A DNA stretch of 64,000 nucleotides from an uncultured Desulfobacter sp. (GTDB taxonomy: Bacteria > Desulfobacterota > Desulfobacteria > Desulfobacterales > Desulfobacteraceae), in the NCBI GenBank assembly GCA_963665095.1, contig OY762069.1, forward strand, positions 4,064,001 to 4,128,000. Direction: 5' to 3'. The notes below the pieces were generated by a model. That model was not told the origin of the DNA and searched no databases. It worked only from the letters and a program-made list of their open reading frames with translations. A program made the translations under genes and the position numbers. This document shows positions 20,357-30,690 of the stretch, piece after piece. Position 1 is the first letter of the stretch. Every line of letters starts with the position of its first letter.

Positions 20357-21988
20357 ATGATGAAACGCCACATATTTATCAACTGTACCGTTCTGACCAT
20401 GGATGACCGTATGCCTGAAGCGGAAGCGTTCGGGGTTCTCGGGGAGCGGTTCGCTGTTGTGGGAACCAGACAGGAGGTGACAGCCTGGGGCGGGGACGCG
20501 GCGTCCGTAACGGATCTTGGGGGACGCACCGTGCTGCCGGGCTTTATTGAAACCCATAACCACCTCTCCTTTTTCAGCCTGCGCCTGGACCATATCAACT
20601 GCGGTTCCCCGCCCAATACCACCATTGCCCAGATTCTGGCCCTGGTGGCGCAAGAGGCTGAAACAACGCCGGCCGGAGAATGGATCTTCGGGTACGGATT
20701 TGACGACAGCCTGATCAGCGACAACCGTCATCTCAACCGGGACGAACTGAATAACATCGCCCCGGACCAGTACGTGATGATCTTCCATACCTCGGGGCAC
20801 CTGGGGTATGTGAATTCCAACCTTCTCGATCTTATGGGGATTGACGATAACACGCCCAATCCCGAAGGTGGCGAAATTCACCGGGATAAAAACGGCCGGG
20901 CCACAGGACTGCTCAAGGAGACGGCGATTTTTCCCATCATGGACCATATTCCCAAACCGGATCTGGCCGAGATCAAATCCTTGCTGTACCGGGGTGCGGC
21001 TGTGGCCGGCAAGGTCGGGGTCACCTCAGTTCACGACGCCGCCGTTGGCATGGAGGGGGCAGGTCCCCTGGTGGTACAGGCATACAGGGAGCTGGCGGCG
21101 GAAAACAAACTGGGCCTGCGGGCCTATCTCACCCTGATGAGCGATCTGTTTGACCAGTACAAGGCCCTTGGCCTGGGATCGGGTTTCGGCAACGACCATG
21201 TAAGGATCGGCTCGGTGAAACTTTTCCAGGACGGCTCCATCCAGGGCCACACCGGCTGGCTCTCCCAGCCATACCACGACCGGCAGGAGGATGGCTTTAC
21301 CAGCGGGTATATCATGCCCCAGAAAGACCTGGACGAAAAGATACTGGCCTGCCACAGTGCAGGGCTTCAGATCGCCATCCACGGTAACGGGGATGCGGCC
21401 ATTGAATCCATCATCCAAGCGGTGGAAAAGGCCCAGGCCCAGGCTTTTCGAAAAGATCCCCGCCACCTGCTCATCCACTGCCAGACTGTACGCGAGGACC
21501 AGATTCCGCGCATGAAAGCGTGCGGACTCATGCCCTCCTATTTTGTGGACCATGTCTATTTCTGGGGGGACCGGCACCGCGACATCTTCCTGGGCCCGGA
21601 GCGGGCCGCCCGTATCAGCCCCCTGGCAAGTTCGCTTGAAAAAGGGGTGATCTTTACCCTGCATTCAGATCTGCCCGTGACCCCCATGAACCCGCTGCAC
21701 TCCATCCACACGGCTGTGAACCGGCTGACCCGGCAGGGAAAAGTGCTGGGACCGGACCAGCGCATTTCCGTAAAAGACGCCCTGAAATCCTTCACCATAT
21801 GGGCTGCCATGGCCGGGTTTGAAGAGGATATCAAGGGCACGGTCACCCCTGGCAAGCTTGCGGACTGGGTGGTGCTGTCAGACAACCCTGAAAAAATCGA
21901 CCCGGCCGGAATCGAAAATATCCAGGTTCTGGAAACGGTTGTCGGCGGCTGCACCGTGTACGCAGCCCAGGCTTGCCGAAAGGAATAA
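20357..21988 (+). CDS. Amidohydrolase_3 (YtcJ/NfdA-like) metal-dependent hydrolase
   Basis: PGFIETHNH, KLFQDGS, AIHGNGD, HCQ, HSDLP, PGKLADW. Confidence 0.9.
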   Translation: MMKRHIFINCTVLTMDDRMPEAEAFGVLGERFAVVGTRQEVTAWGGDAASVTDLGGRTVLPGFIETHNHLSFFSLRLDHINCGSPPNTTIAQILALVAQEAETTPAGEWIFGYGFDDSLISDNRHLNRDELNNIAPDQYVMIFHTSGHLGYVNSNLLDLMGIDDNTPNPEGGEIHRDKNGRATGLLKETAIFPIMDHIPKPDLAEIKSLLYRGAAVAGKVGVTSVHDAAVGMEGAGPLVVQAYRELAAENKLGLRAYLTLMSDLFDQYKALGLGSGFGNDHVRIGSVKLFQDGSIQGHTGWLSQPYHDRQEDGFTSGYIMPQKDLDEKILACHSAGLQIAIHGNGDAAIESIIQAVEKAQAQAFRKDPRHLLIHCQTVREDQIPRMKACGLMPSYFVDHVYFWGDRHRDIFLGPERAARISPLASSLEKGVIFTLHSDLPVTPMNPLHSIHTAVNRLTRQGKVLGPDQRISVKDALKSFTIWAAMAGFEEDIKGTVTPGKLADWVVLSDNPEKIDPAGIENIQVLETVVGGCTVYAAQACRKE

Positions 21989-21992
21989 ACTG

Positions 21993-23657
21993 ATGGCAAT
22001 GACTCCCGTTCAAATTTTCAAGGCCAGAAAAATCATCACCATGTATCCGGAGCAGCCCGTTGCCACTGCAGTGGCTGTGACAGCGGGCAGAATTCTGGCC
22101 GCAGGCGAACCGGATGAACTGGAATACCACCTGAAACGATCCCCCTTTTGCAGTTACCTCATTGATGACCGCTTCAAGGAGATGGTACTCATGCCGGGGC
22201 TGGTGGATGCCCACACCCATGTGGAGCTCCAGGGAATTATCTATGCGGGAGAATTTCTCTCACAGATTCCCTGGCCTGACCCGGCAGGGGGATTTTTTCC
22301 GGTCTATCCGGCAAAGGAAGATGTTCTGGAGCGGCTGAAGGTTCTGGATAAAACCATGCCTGAAGGCAGGCCCATCTTTGGCGTGGCCTATGACGATAAT
22401 AAGATCGGAAGTCTGAGTCTCAAAGACCTGGATTCAATATCCACCCGGCGCCCTATTCTCGTGGCCAATCTTGTATTCCACAGGTTCTGGTCCAATTCCA
22501 GACTTCTGGAAACAGCCGGCATCGGTCCCGGGAATCTGCCCAAAGGGGTTGAAACCGACAAGGACAACATGCCAACAGGCACCCTTGTTGAATCAGCGGG
22601 TCTGATGGCGGTATATCCAGGGTTAACGGATATTTTTTCAGATCTGGAGAAAAAAATTGAGCGGATATTTCCTCTGTTTATCCGGGGCGGGCACACAACG
22701 GTCTGTGATGCCGCATTCGGCGCCCTGGGCCTTGATTTCTCCCTGGATTTCATGGGACGGGTCTGCAGCAGGCAGACCCGTGCCCCCAGGGTGGTAGGCC
22801 TGCCCTGGGCCGTAACGCCCATGGGTGAGGGGGCCGATATACAGGCCTTTATCCGGAAGGTGACAGAGGCCCGGGCCGTTGACAGGGGCAACCTGCGACT
22901 GGGCGCGGTAAAGCTCTACACAGACGGATCCCTGATCTCAAAAACAGCCCCGGCAGACTGGCCCGGGTTCTGGAACGGCACGCCGTCCGGCACCATGGCC
23001 GTTCCTCCAGAGCAGGTGGCCCGATGGCTTATTGAACTGCATAAAGCGGGCATTCCCACAGTAACCCACGCCAATACAGCCCTGGGATGCCAGGTGGTGC
23101 TGGATGCCGTGGAAGAGGCACAGGCACAGTGTTTCAGACCGGACATCCGCCACCGTATAGACCACTGCTACACCATCACCGAAGCCCAGCTGCGAAAGGC
23201 AAAGGCCCTGGGCGTCTGCATCCAGTTTTTCACGCCCCAGCTCTACTATTACGGGGATACCCACCTGAAACTGCTGGGGCCGGGCCAGGCCCCCCATTTA
23301 ACGCCTGTGGGTACGGCAGAACGGCTTGGGGTCTCCTGGGGATTTCACAATGATCCCCCGGGTACACCCCAGCTTCCCTGGACCGGGGCCTATGCCGTGG
23401 CAACCCGGATGACCCGGGATACCGGAACCGTGCTGGGAGAACGCCACTGCATCCCCATGGAACGGATTCTTCATGCCATGACGCTGGAAGCCGCCTATCA
23501 GATGCACATGGACCATGAAATCGGTTCTGTGGTGCCGGGCAAAAAAGCGGATTTTTGCGTTCTTGAAGCTGATCCGCTGACCATGGATCCCGCGGAGATC
23601 AAAAAGATGCCGGTTTGGGGCGTCATCTTTGAGGGCGAGCCCCAGAAGGCGGTGTAA
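21993..23657 (+). CDS. Second Amidohydrolase_3 family hydrolase
   Basis: PGLVDAHTH, KLYTDGS, THAN, DHC, HNDPP, PGKKADF. Confidence 0.9.
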   Translation: MAMTPVQIFKARKIITMYPEQPVATAVAVTAGRILAAGEPDELEYHLKRSPFCSYLIDDRFKEMVLMPGLVDAHTHVELQGIIYAGEFLSQIPWPDPAGGFFPVYPAKEDVLERLKVLDKTMPEGRPIFGVAYDDNKIGSLSLKDLDSISTRRPILVANLVFHRFWSNSRLLETAGIGPGNLPKGVETDKDNMPTGTLVESAGLMAVYPGLTDIFSDLEKKIERIFPLFIRGGHTTVCDAAFGALGLDFSLDFMGRVCSRQTRAPRVVGLPWAVTPMGEGADIQAFIRKVTEARAVDRGNLRLGAVKLYTDGSLISKTAPADWPGFWNGTPSGTMAVPPEQVARWLIELHKAGIPTVTHANTALGCQVVLDAVEEAQAQCFRPDIRHRIDHCYTITEAQLRKAKALGVCIQFFTPQLYYYGDTHLKLLGPGQAPHLTPVGTAERLGVSWGFHNDPPGTPQLPWTGAYAVATRMTRDTGTVLGERHCIPMERILHAMTLEAAYQMHMDHEIGSVVPGKKADFCVLEADPLTMDPAEIKKMPVWGVIFEGEPQKAV

Positions 23658-23748
23658 AGCCAGGAAAAATTCTCAGCCAGGAACTGCCCCGGCCCAAAAT
23701 TTGGTTTAGTATTTGACTTGAATTCACTCTTTGGAGTATCAAGGTCTT

Positions 23749-24432
23749 ATGGAATTCAAAGACCTGCCCTTAAGAGAACGAAAAGCCTCACGGACCCGGC
23801 TGGCCATTTACCGGGCCGGCCGGAGTCTGCTGAAAAAAAAGGGGCTGGCCGACATCAGGGTGGAGGAGATCTGTGAGGATGCAGAGGTGTCCAGGGGGAC
23901 CTTTTTCAGTTACTTCAGCCGGAAAAAGGATCTGATTATTTATTCCATACGGCTGTGGAGCATTGAGATCGGATGGCATATGGCCCAGATGCCCGAAGCG
24001 GCGCTTGGACTGTCATGGATTGAAAAAATTTTCCTGGACCTGGGCCACGAGATGCCGGACGAACCCTTTTTCTGGAAGGAGCTTCTGGCCATCCGTATTT
24101 TTGAACCTAAAAATATTCACCGGCTGAACCAGAACGAGGTCTCCATGGTCACCCTTGGAGACAGACTGCTCCACTTCCCGGACAAACCCGGCATTGAAGA
24201 TGTTCTGGAGGGTACCATTGTCACCTACCTGAAACAGAACCTGATCATTGCCATGGAAAAAGGGGAACTGCCGCCGGGCATCAATTTCGAATCCACCCTC
24301 ATCTCTCTGACCAGCCTTCTTTATGGTGTCCCCACCATGCTGTCCGGATACACAGAACTGGAAACCCTGGATCAGGAGTACAGCCGCCAGCTCAACACCT
24401 TGTGGGCTGGTCTTCGGGTGACCTGTACATAG
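23749..24432 (+). CDS. TetR/AcrR family transcriptional regulator
   Basis: LRERK..TR, VEEICEDAEVSRGTFFSYFSRKKDL HTH. Confidence 0.9.
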   Translation: MEFKDLPLRERKASRTRLAIYRAGRSLLKKKGLADIRVEEICEDAEVSRGTFFSYFSRKKDLIIYSIRLWSIEIGWHMAQMPEAALGLSWIEKIFLDLGHEMPDEPFFWKELLAIRIFEPKNIHRLNQNEVSMVTLGDRLLHFPDKPGIEDVLEGTIVTYLKQNLIIAMEKGELPPGINFESTLISLTSLLYGVPTMLSGYTELETLDQEYSRQLNTLWAGLRVTCT

Positions 24433-24437
24433 AAACA

Positions 24438-27404
24438 CTATTTAACGGATAAAAATGCCTCTAACCGGTCAAACTCCCGGCTTATTTCTGCAACCAGGTC
24501 ACCTGTGTTTTCACATTGACCTGATCTGATCTCCGTCTCCAGCTTTGCTGCAGCACCGGCCAGTGCATCCATGCCCATATTGGCTGCACCGCCCTTTATT
24601 TTATGGACTTCCTCGGCGACAATTCCGGCCATGTTTTCAGCCAGCGCCTTTTTCATGGTTTCAATTTGTGTCCGGCCGTGGGTCAGGAAATGGGCCAGCG
24701 TGGACAGGAGGACCTCCTCTGCACCCATGAACGCTTCAAGGGCCAGGGCATAATTGAGGGGCGGCTTTTCGGTGTCGTCCAAAACCTCATTTCCGGCAGG
24801 CACAACCTCTTTCGTTTGCTGGTCATCACTTAGCCGGGAGGCCAGAAAAGCCTGAAGGGACTTTTGTGTTACCGGTTTGGTAATGAAATCATCCATTCCT
24901 GCCTCAAGACAGTGATCTTCATCACGTTTCTGGGCGTTTGCCGTCATGGCGATGATGGGCGTTCGCTCTCTGCCCTCTTGTTTTTCCATTTCCCGGATAA
25001 TCCGGGTTGCTTCCAGGCCGTCCATCACAGGCATCTGCACATCCATAAGAATCGCGTCAAAGTTCCCCTTTTGAAATGCATCAACGCCTTCCTGTCCGTT
25101 CTCAGCCTCTTCTACTTCAAACCCTGACATTTCGAGAAAAAAGACAGCCACCTGTCTGTTGGTAGGGTAGTCCTCCACCAGGAGGATGCGCTTTTTCAAA
25201 TTCGCTGATTCGGCAGCCGAATACCGCGTTACCAGGTCTGGGGCTTCCCCAGGTTCTGGTACGGGGCGTTTATTCATCACCACTCTAATGGTTTTTTCAA
25301 GAACGGAGGACGCCACAGGAAGATTCAAATAACCCGCAACCCCGATACGCCTGCTTTTTTTTCCGTCGCCTGTGTAACCGGCACGGACTGTCATTATAAT
25401 GGGTATATCCTTTATCTTTTCCAGAGTCATGATCTCTTCAGCCAGAATGAATCCGTCGGCATCCTCCAAAAAATCGTCAATCATGATCAAATCAACTGGT
25501 CCGGCCAGGCCTGGATTCCTCAGAAGGGTCAGGGCATCTCGGGCATACAGCACTGATTCAACCCGAAACCCCAGTTCCGATAGCTGTCCCAGATACGACA
25601 ACGGGGTACCCAGACGTCCCCCGACCACCAGAATCACGATCTGGTCGACACAGGCCTGTATCTCCCGTTTCATTGGGCGTTGTGCCAGTCCGAAATTTAC
25701 GGTAAACCAGAAAGTACTTCCCTCTCCGACCCGGCTTTCCACACCGATCTGCCCCCCCATCAGCTCAACCAGTTGTTTTGAAATACTGATGCCCAGCCCG
25801 GTTCCGCCGAACTTTCGGGTAGTGGACCCATCGGCCTGGGTAAAGCTGTCAAATATTGTATCAAGCTTGTCCTCATCGATTCCAATTCCCGTATCGGTCA
25901 CGGAAAACCGCAACTCACATCTTCCTTCCCGGCTGTCCGTTATTTCGCTGCTCAGTGAAAGCCCCCCGTCCTGGGTAAACTTCAGGGCATTTCCTGTAAG
26001 ATTCATGAGGATCTGACGAAGCCTGCCCGGATCCCCCATCACATACTGGGGGAAATCCGGTGACAGTGACATGTCAAATGACAGATTTTTTCTTTCCGCC
26101 TGGAAGGCCACACTCTTACCGATATCAGACAAAAGCAGCCTTATGTCAAAGGCGATGCTTTCGATATCCATTTTCCGTGCCTCGATTTTTGAAAAATCAA
26201 GAATCGTACTGATGATCCCGAAAAGCGCATGGGCCTCCCGGTTGATGGTTTCAAAAATATCCCTTTGTCTGTCTGTTTGAATGGTGGTGAGTGCGATTTC
26301 AGTCATACCGATAATCCCGTTGAGCGGGGTCCGGATCTCATGGCTCATGTTGGCCAGAAATTCACTTTTGGCCCGGCTGGCATCCTCCGCAGCCATCCGG
26401 GCCTCTTCCAGCGCCTGGTTGGCCGTTTTCAATTCCCGGGTCCTTTGATCCACCTGGGCTTCCACAGCAGCTGTGCGGTGTTTTTCCTCCCGAATGTACC
26501 ATCGCATCATAAACAATAGAAAACCCGTACACAGCACAAAGGAAATCAGCAATGACAAGGAGACGTAGAAGGCCGCTTTCCGCCCTTTCTCCATGATGGG
26601 ACGCCCAAGCGATGCAGATAACAAAACGGAAGGATGACCATAAATGTCATTAACCATGCCAAAAGCCCTTAACTGCTCCCGGTCTTCAGGGATAATAACG
26701 ATCTTTTCCTTCTCAACACGATCCAGTGAAGATTGTTCAAGATCCGTTAGTTTGTCCACACCGATTGTTTTCAGGGTAAATTCAACCTTGATCTGTTCCG
26801 CCAGGGAATCGAGCATCTCTTTTGTGGCCAGGCGCCCCATGATCAGGTCTCCGGTAGTGGGTCCGTTTCCCATGCTGTCCAGAATCGGGGCACAAACCAC
26901 AAACATCAGGCCGTGATTTGTCACAAGAATGCCGGCTCTATCGTCTTTATCGGCCTCAAATAAACGGAATTGATCATAGACAGCCTCCATGGCCCGGCCC
27001 TTAGCATCCGTAACGGTGATATCTCCGCCCAATGCCTTCGCGAAACATTTTCCCCAGACCACCTTGCGTTGAGGGGTAATGATATAAATCAGGTTAATGC
27101 CGCCATTACTCTCCAGGGTATCCGCGGATATGAGATTGGAGTCGATATAGTTGGGGTTGCCGTCTTGGGCAAACTGGTATGAATCATCCCATACAGCCCA
27201 GTCGTATGCCAGTCCCATCAGATGCTGGATTTCGCGATGAACCGCATCGTAACACCGGGCGATATCCTTTCGGGCTTCTGTCTCTTCAAGTTCCCTAAAG
27301 CTTTGCAGAATCACCTGATTTTTCAACTGGTAATCAATGGCAGTATACGCCAGTACCAGGATGGCAAACACGACCACCCATATATATTTTTGCGCAGGGT
27401 TCAT
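24438..27404 (-). CDS. Hybrid sensor kinase (CHASE4-HisKA-HATPase-REC-REC-Hpt)
   Basis: [11 protein letters not shown] (CHASE4), [40 protein letters not shown]. Confidence 0.92.
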   Translation of the reverse strand: MNPAQKYIWVVVFAILVLAYTAIDYQLKNQVILQSFRELEETEARKDIARCYDAVHREIQHLMGLAYDWAVWDDSYQFAQDGNPNYIDSNLISADTLESNGGINLIYIITPQRKVVWGKCFAKALGGDITVTDAKGRAMEAVYDQFRLFEADKDDRAGILVTNHGLMFVVCAPILDSMGNGPTTGDLIMGRLATKEMLDSLAEQIKVEFTLKTIGVDKLTDLEQSSLDRVEKEKIVIIPEDREQLRAFGMVNDIYGHPSVLLSASLGRPIMEKGRKAAFYVSLSLLISFVLCTGFLLFMMRWYIREEKHRTAAVEAQVDQRTRELKTANQALEEARMAAEDASRAKSEFLANMSHEIRTPLNGIIGMTEIALTTIQTDRQRDIFETINREAHALFGIISTILDFSKIEARKMDIESIAFDIRLLLSDIGKSVAFQAERKNLSFDMSLSPDFPQYVMGDPGRLRQILMNLTGNALKFTQDGGLSLSSEITDSREGRCELRFSVTDTGIGIDEDKLDTIFDSFTQADGSTTRKFGGTGLGISISKQLVELMGGQIGVESRVGEGSTFWFTVNFGLAQRPMKREIQACVDQIVILVVGGRLGTPLSYLGQLSELGFRVESVLYARDALTLLRNPGLAGPVDLIMIDDFLEDADGFILAEEIMTLEKIKDIPIIMTVRAGYTGDGKKSRRIGVAGYLNLPVASSVLEKTIRVVMNKRPVPEPGEAPDLVTRYSAAESANLKKRILLVEDYPTNRQVAVFFLEMSGFEVEEAENGQEGVDAFQKGNFDAILMDVQMPVMDGLEATRIIREMEKQEGRERTPIIAMTANAQKRDEDHCLEAGMDDFITKPVTQKSLQAFLASRLSDDQQTKEVVPAGNEVLDDTEKPPLNYALALEAFMGAEEVLLSTLAHFLTHGRTQIETMKKALAENMAGIVAEEVHKIKGGAANMGMDALAGAAAKLETEIRSGQCENTGDLVAEISREFDRLEAFLSVK

Positions 27405-27746
27405 ACATTGTCCTTCACTATATCAATGCACTATGCCTTACCACAATTCTGGTCTATTGCTCGCCGGTCAATGGAAATGACAGGAAAGCGCCATGCTCAA
27501 GCAGATAAATTGAATATAATGTCACATTATATCAATCATCATACCATGTTCCATGATTCCGGTGCAATATATGGTACAGCCTTGCAACTGCCGGTAAAAT
27601 TTAAAGTTCCATTTGTGCATACCGGTTTTTTTCACCCGGACACAACTGCCACCCCCCCCTTTGCAACCCGGGTTAAACCTTGACACAAAAATACTGTTCA
27701 GGCATGTTCTGATTATATGTAAATACAATTTACCGGTGAACAGGAC

Positions 27747-30629
27747 ATGGTCTCAAACAATAATTCCAAAAACGTGAACAGCCTCAGTGCCGTTGTTGAC
27801 GTGGAAAAGCTTCAGTCAATCATGAACGATTTTCATGAGTTGACCGGAATGACCACTGCCATTCTTGACATGGAGGGAAACATCATTGAAGCAACCGGAT
27901 GGCAGGATATCTGCACGAAATTTCACAGGATTCATCCTGAAACCGCTCAAAACTGTGCGGACAGTGATTTTCACCTCGTTCAGGACCTCAAGCCGGGGGA
28001 ATACAGGGAATATCAGTGTAAAAACGGGCTGTGGGATGTTGTGACGCCGCTGTATATCGAAGACAGGCATATGGGCAACATTTATACGGGCCAGTTTTTC
28101 TACAATGACGATGTCGTTGATAAAACCCGGTTTATCAAACAGGCAGAAAAATATGGATTTGACAAAGAGGAGTACATGGCCGCGTTTGACCGTGTCCCCA
28201 GATACAGCCGAAAAGAAATAAAGCATTTGATGCAGTTTCTTGTCAAATTCACCTCATATATTTCAAGCGTCAGTTATGCAAAACAAAAGCTGGACAAAGA
28301 GGTCGGTGAACGGAAACTGGCCCAAAGAGACCTGGCCGAGCAAAAAAACCGGCTTGATTACATTCTTCAGGGCACCAATGCCGGTACATGGGAATGGAAT
28401 ATCCAGACCGGAGAAATGATCATAAACGAACAATGGGCCAATATCATCGGCTACAGCCTTGATGAGATTACACCGTTCTCCATTAAAACCTGGAACGAAT
28501 TTTGTCATCCTGTCGACGAGAAAGAGTCGTCCCGGCTTTTACAGCTGTGCTTTGACAAAACGTCCCAATACTACGAGTATGCGTGTCGCATGAGGCACAA
28601 AAAGGGTCACTGGGTCTGGGTACTTGATCGGGGCAAGGTCATTACATGGACAGATGACGGAAAGCCGGAATGGATGTTCGGCACACACCAGGACATCACC
28701 AGGCAAAAGCAGGCGGAAGAGGCTTTACGATTTACCCAGTATGTTGTGGATGAAACAACAGACCAGGCATTCTGGATGACCAGGGACTGCAAGTTTTTTT
28801 ATGTAAACGACGCGGCCTGCCGGTCTTTAGGGTATACGCGGGAGGAACTTCTGGCCTTATCCCTGCCCGATATTGATCCCAATGCTTCCTTTGAATTCTT
28901 TGCTGAACATTGGCAGGCGTTACAGAAGGAAAAATTTATTGCTTTAGAGGCATTGCATCGCGCAAAGGATGGCCGCGAATATCCGGTGGAAATAAGGGCC
29001 AACTTTGTAGTTTTTGACGATGTTGAATACAACTGTGCTTTTGCAACCGATATTACTGAACGAAAACGGATGGAGCAGTCTTTAAAGGATGGGGAAAGAT
29101 TTCAGCGAGCCCTGCTGAAAACCATCCCTGATTTAGTCTGGCTGAAAGATGAAAATGGTGTTTTCATTACCTGCAACGCCATTTTTGAACGTCTGCTCAA
29201 TGCAAAGGAAGCTCAGATTATCGGCAAAACCGATTACGATTTTGTGGATAAAAACAGTGCAGATAAATTCCGGGAAAACGACCGCAGGGCGATTGCTGAA
29301 GGTAAGCCGCGCCGAAATGAGGAGTGGCTCACCTTTGCCGACAACGGCGAAAGGGTCCTGGTGGAAACCGTAAAAACACCCATGATGGATGAAAAGGGCA
29401 GATGTATCGGGGTCCTGGGCATCGCCCGGGATATCACCGAACGTAAAAGGGCTGAAGAAGAAAAAACAGAGCTTAGAAATCAGCTCCAGCAGGCCCAGAA
29501 AATGGAATCTGTCGGGCGGCTTGCCGGGGGTGTTGCCCATGATTTTAACAATATGCTTGGGGTGATTATCGGCTATAGCGAACTGGGCATAAGGCAGGCG
29601 CCTCCGGAATCCCAACTGCACAAAGCCCTGCAGCATATCATGACGGCGGCCAAACGATCCGCCGATATTACCCGCCAGCTGCTGGCCTTTGCCAGAAAGC
29701 AGACGGTTTCACCCAAAGAACTTGACATCAACAGTACCGTAAAAAGCATGACGGGTATGCTGCGCCGTTTCATTGGCGAGGATATCGATCTGGTATGGCG
29801 GGCCGGCAAAGAGGTCTGGCCGGTAAAGATGGATCCCGGCCAGATAGATCAGATTATGGTCAACCTGTGCGTAAATGCCCGGGACGCCATTGAGGATGTG
29901 GGGAAAGTGACCATTGAAACCGGCAATGTTCGCATGGACGAGACCTACTGCAACCATCATTACGAGTTTCTGCCAGGGGAGTATGTGCTTCTGGCCGTCA
30001 GTGACAACGGATGCGGGATGAAGCCGGAAATCCTGCAAAATATCTTTGAACCGTTTTTCACCACCAAGGAAGCAGCCAAAGGTACCGGGCTCGGATTGTC
30101 CACTGTATACGGCATTGTCAAGCAGAATAAGGGGTTCATCAATGTATACAGTGAACCCGGCCTGGGTACGACATTCAAAATATACCTTCCAAGGCACAGA
30201 AAAGAAGAGAAGACCCTTCCTGTCGAAGCACCGGAACAACCGGTTGAAAGCGGCCATGAAACCATCCTGGTCGTGGAGGATGAACCGATTATTCTTGAAA
30301 TGACAACGCTGGTGCTTGAAAGTCTCGGGTACAAGGTGATATCCGCAGGGACGCCTGGTGATGCTATTCTTCAGGGGAAAAAGCATAATGGTGATATAGA
30401 CCTGCTCCTGACGGATGTGATCATGCCGGAAATGAACGGGCGGGATCTTGCCCGGACGATTCAGGATCTCCACCCGAATCTGAAATGCCTGTTCATGTCC
30501 GGGTACACGGCCAATGTCATTGCGCATCACGGTGTTCTGGATGAAGGGGTAAACTTCATCCAGAAACCGTTTTTAAGGGGAGAGCTTGGAAGCAAAATTC
30601 ATGAAGTCCTGAGAAAGGGCAAACATTAA
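27747..30629 (+). CDS. Hybrid sensor kinase (PocR-PAS x3-HisKA-HATPase-REC)
   Basis: WQDICTKFHR..CKNGL..TGQF (PocR), repeated DIT-RK PAS ends, GGVAHDFNN, PFFTTK, LLTDVIMP. Confidence 0.92.
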   Translation: MVSNNNSKNVNSLSAVVDVEKLQSIMNDFHELTGMTTAILDMEGNIIEATGWQDICTKFHRIHPETAQNCADSDFHLVQDLKPGEYREYQCKNGLWDVVTPLYIEDRHMGNIYTGQFFYNDDVVDKTRFIKQAEKYGFDKEEYMAAFDRVPRYSRKEIKHLMQFLVKFTSYISSVSYAKQKLDKEVGERKLAQRDLAEQKNRLDYILQGTNAGTWEWNIQTGEMIINEQWANIIGYSLDEITPFSIKTWNEFCHPVDEKESSRLLQLCFDKTSQYYEYACRMRHKKGHWVWVLDRGKVITWTDDGKPEWMFGTHQDITRQKQAEEALRFTQYVVDETTDQAFWMTRDCKFFYVNDAACRSLGYTREELLALSLPDIDPNASFEFFAEHWQALQKEKFIALEALHRAKDGREYPVEIRANFVVFDDVEYNCAFATDITERKRMEQSLKDGERFQRALLKTIPDLVWLKDENGVFITCNAIFERLLNAKEAQIIGKTDYDFVDKNSADKFRENDRRAIAEGKPRRNEEWLTFADNGERVLVETVKTPMMDEKGRCIGVLGIARDITERKRAEEEKTELRNQLQQAQKMESVGRLAGGVAHDFNNMLGVIIGYSELGIRQAPPESQLHKALQHIMTAAKRSADITRQLLAFARKQTVSPKELDINSTVKSMTGMLRRFIGEDIDLVWRAGKEVWPVKMDPGQIDQIMVNLCVNARDAIEDVGKVTIETGNVRMDETYCNHHYEFLPGEYVLLAVSDNGCGMKPEILQNIFEPFFTTKEAAKGTGLGLSTVYGIVKQNKGFINVYSEPGLGTTFKIYLPRHRKEEKTLPVEAPEQPVESGHETILVVEDEPIILEMTTLVLESLGYKVISAGTPGDAILQGKKHNGDIDLLLTDVIMPEMNGRDLARTIQDLHPNLKCLFMSGYTANVIAHHGVLDEGVNFIQKPFLRGELGSKIHEVLRKGKH

Positions 30630-30690
30630 TCCCCCTTGATGCCATGACAGCCGCTTCCTTCGGGACTTAATTTCTGTTTTGAAATCACAT

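Noticed and set aside
27570..27587. Sigma-54-like TGGTAC..TTGCA (similar site near 3540)
   Set aside because: Only 9 nt lie between GG and GC, whereas sigma-54 requires 10.
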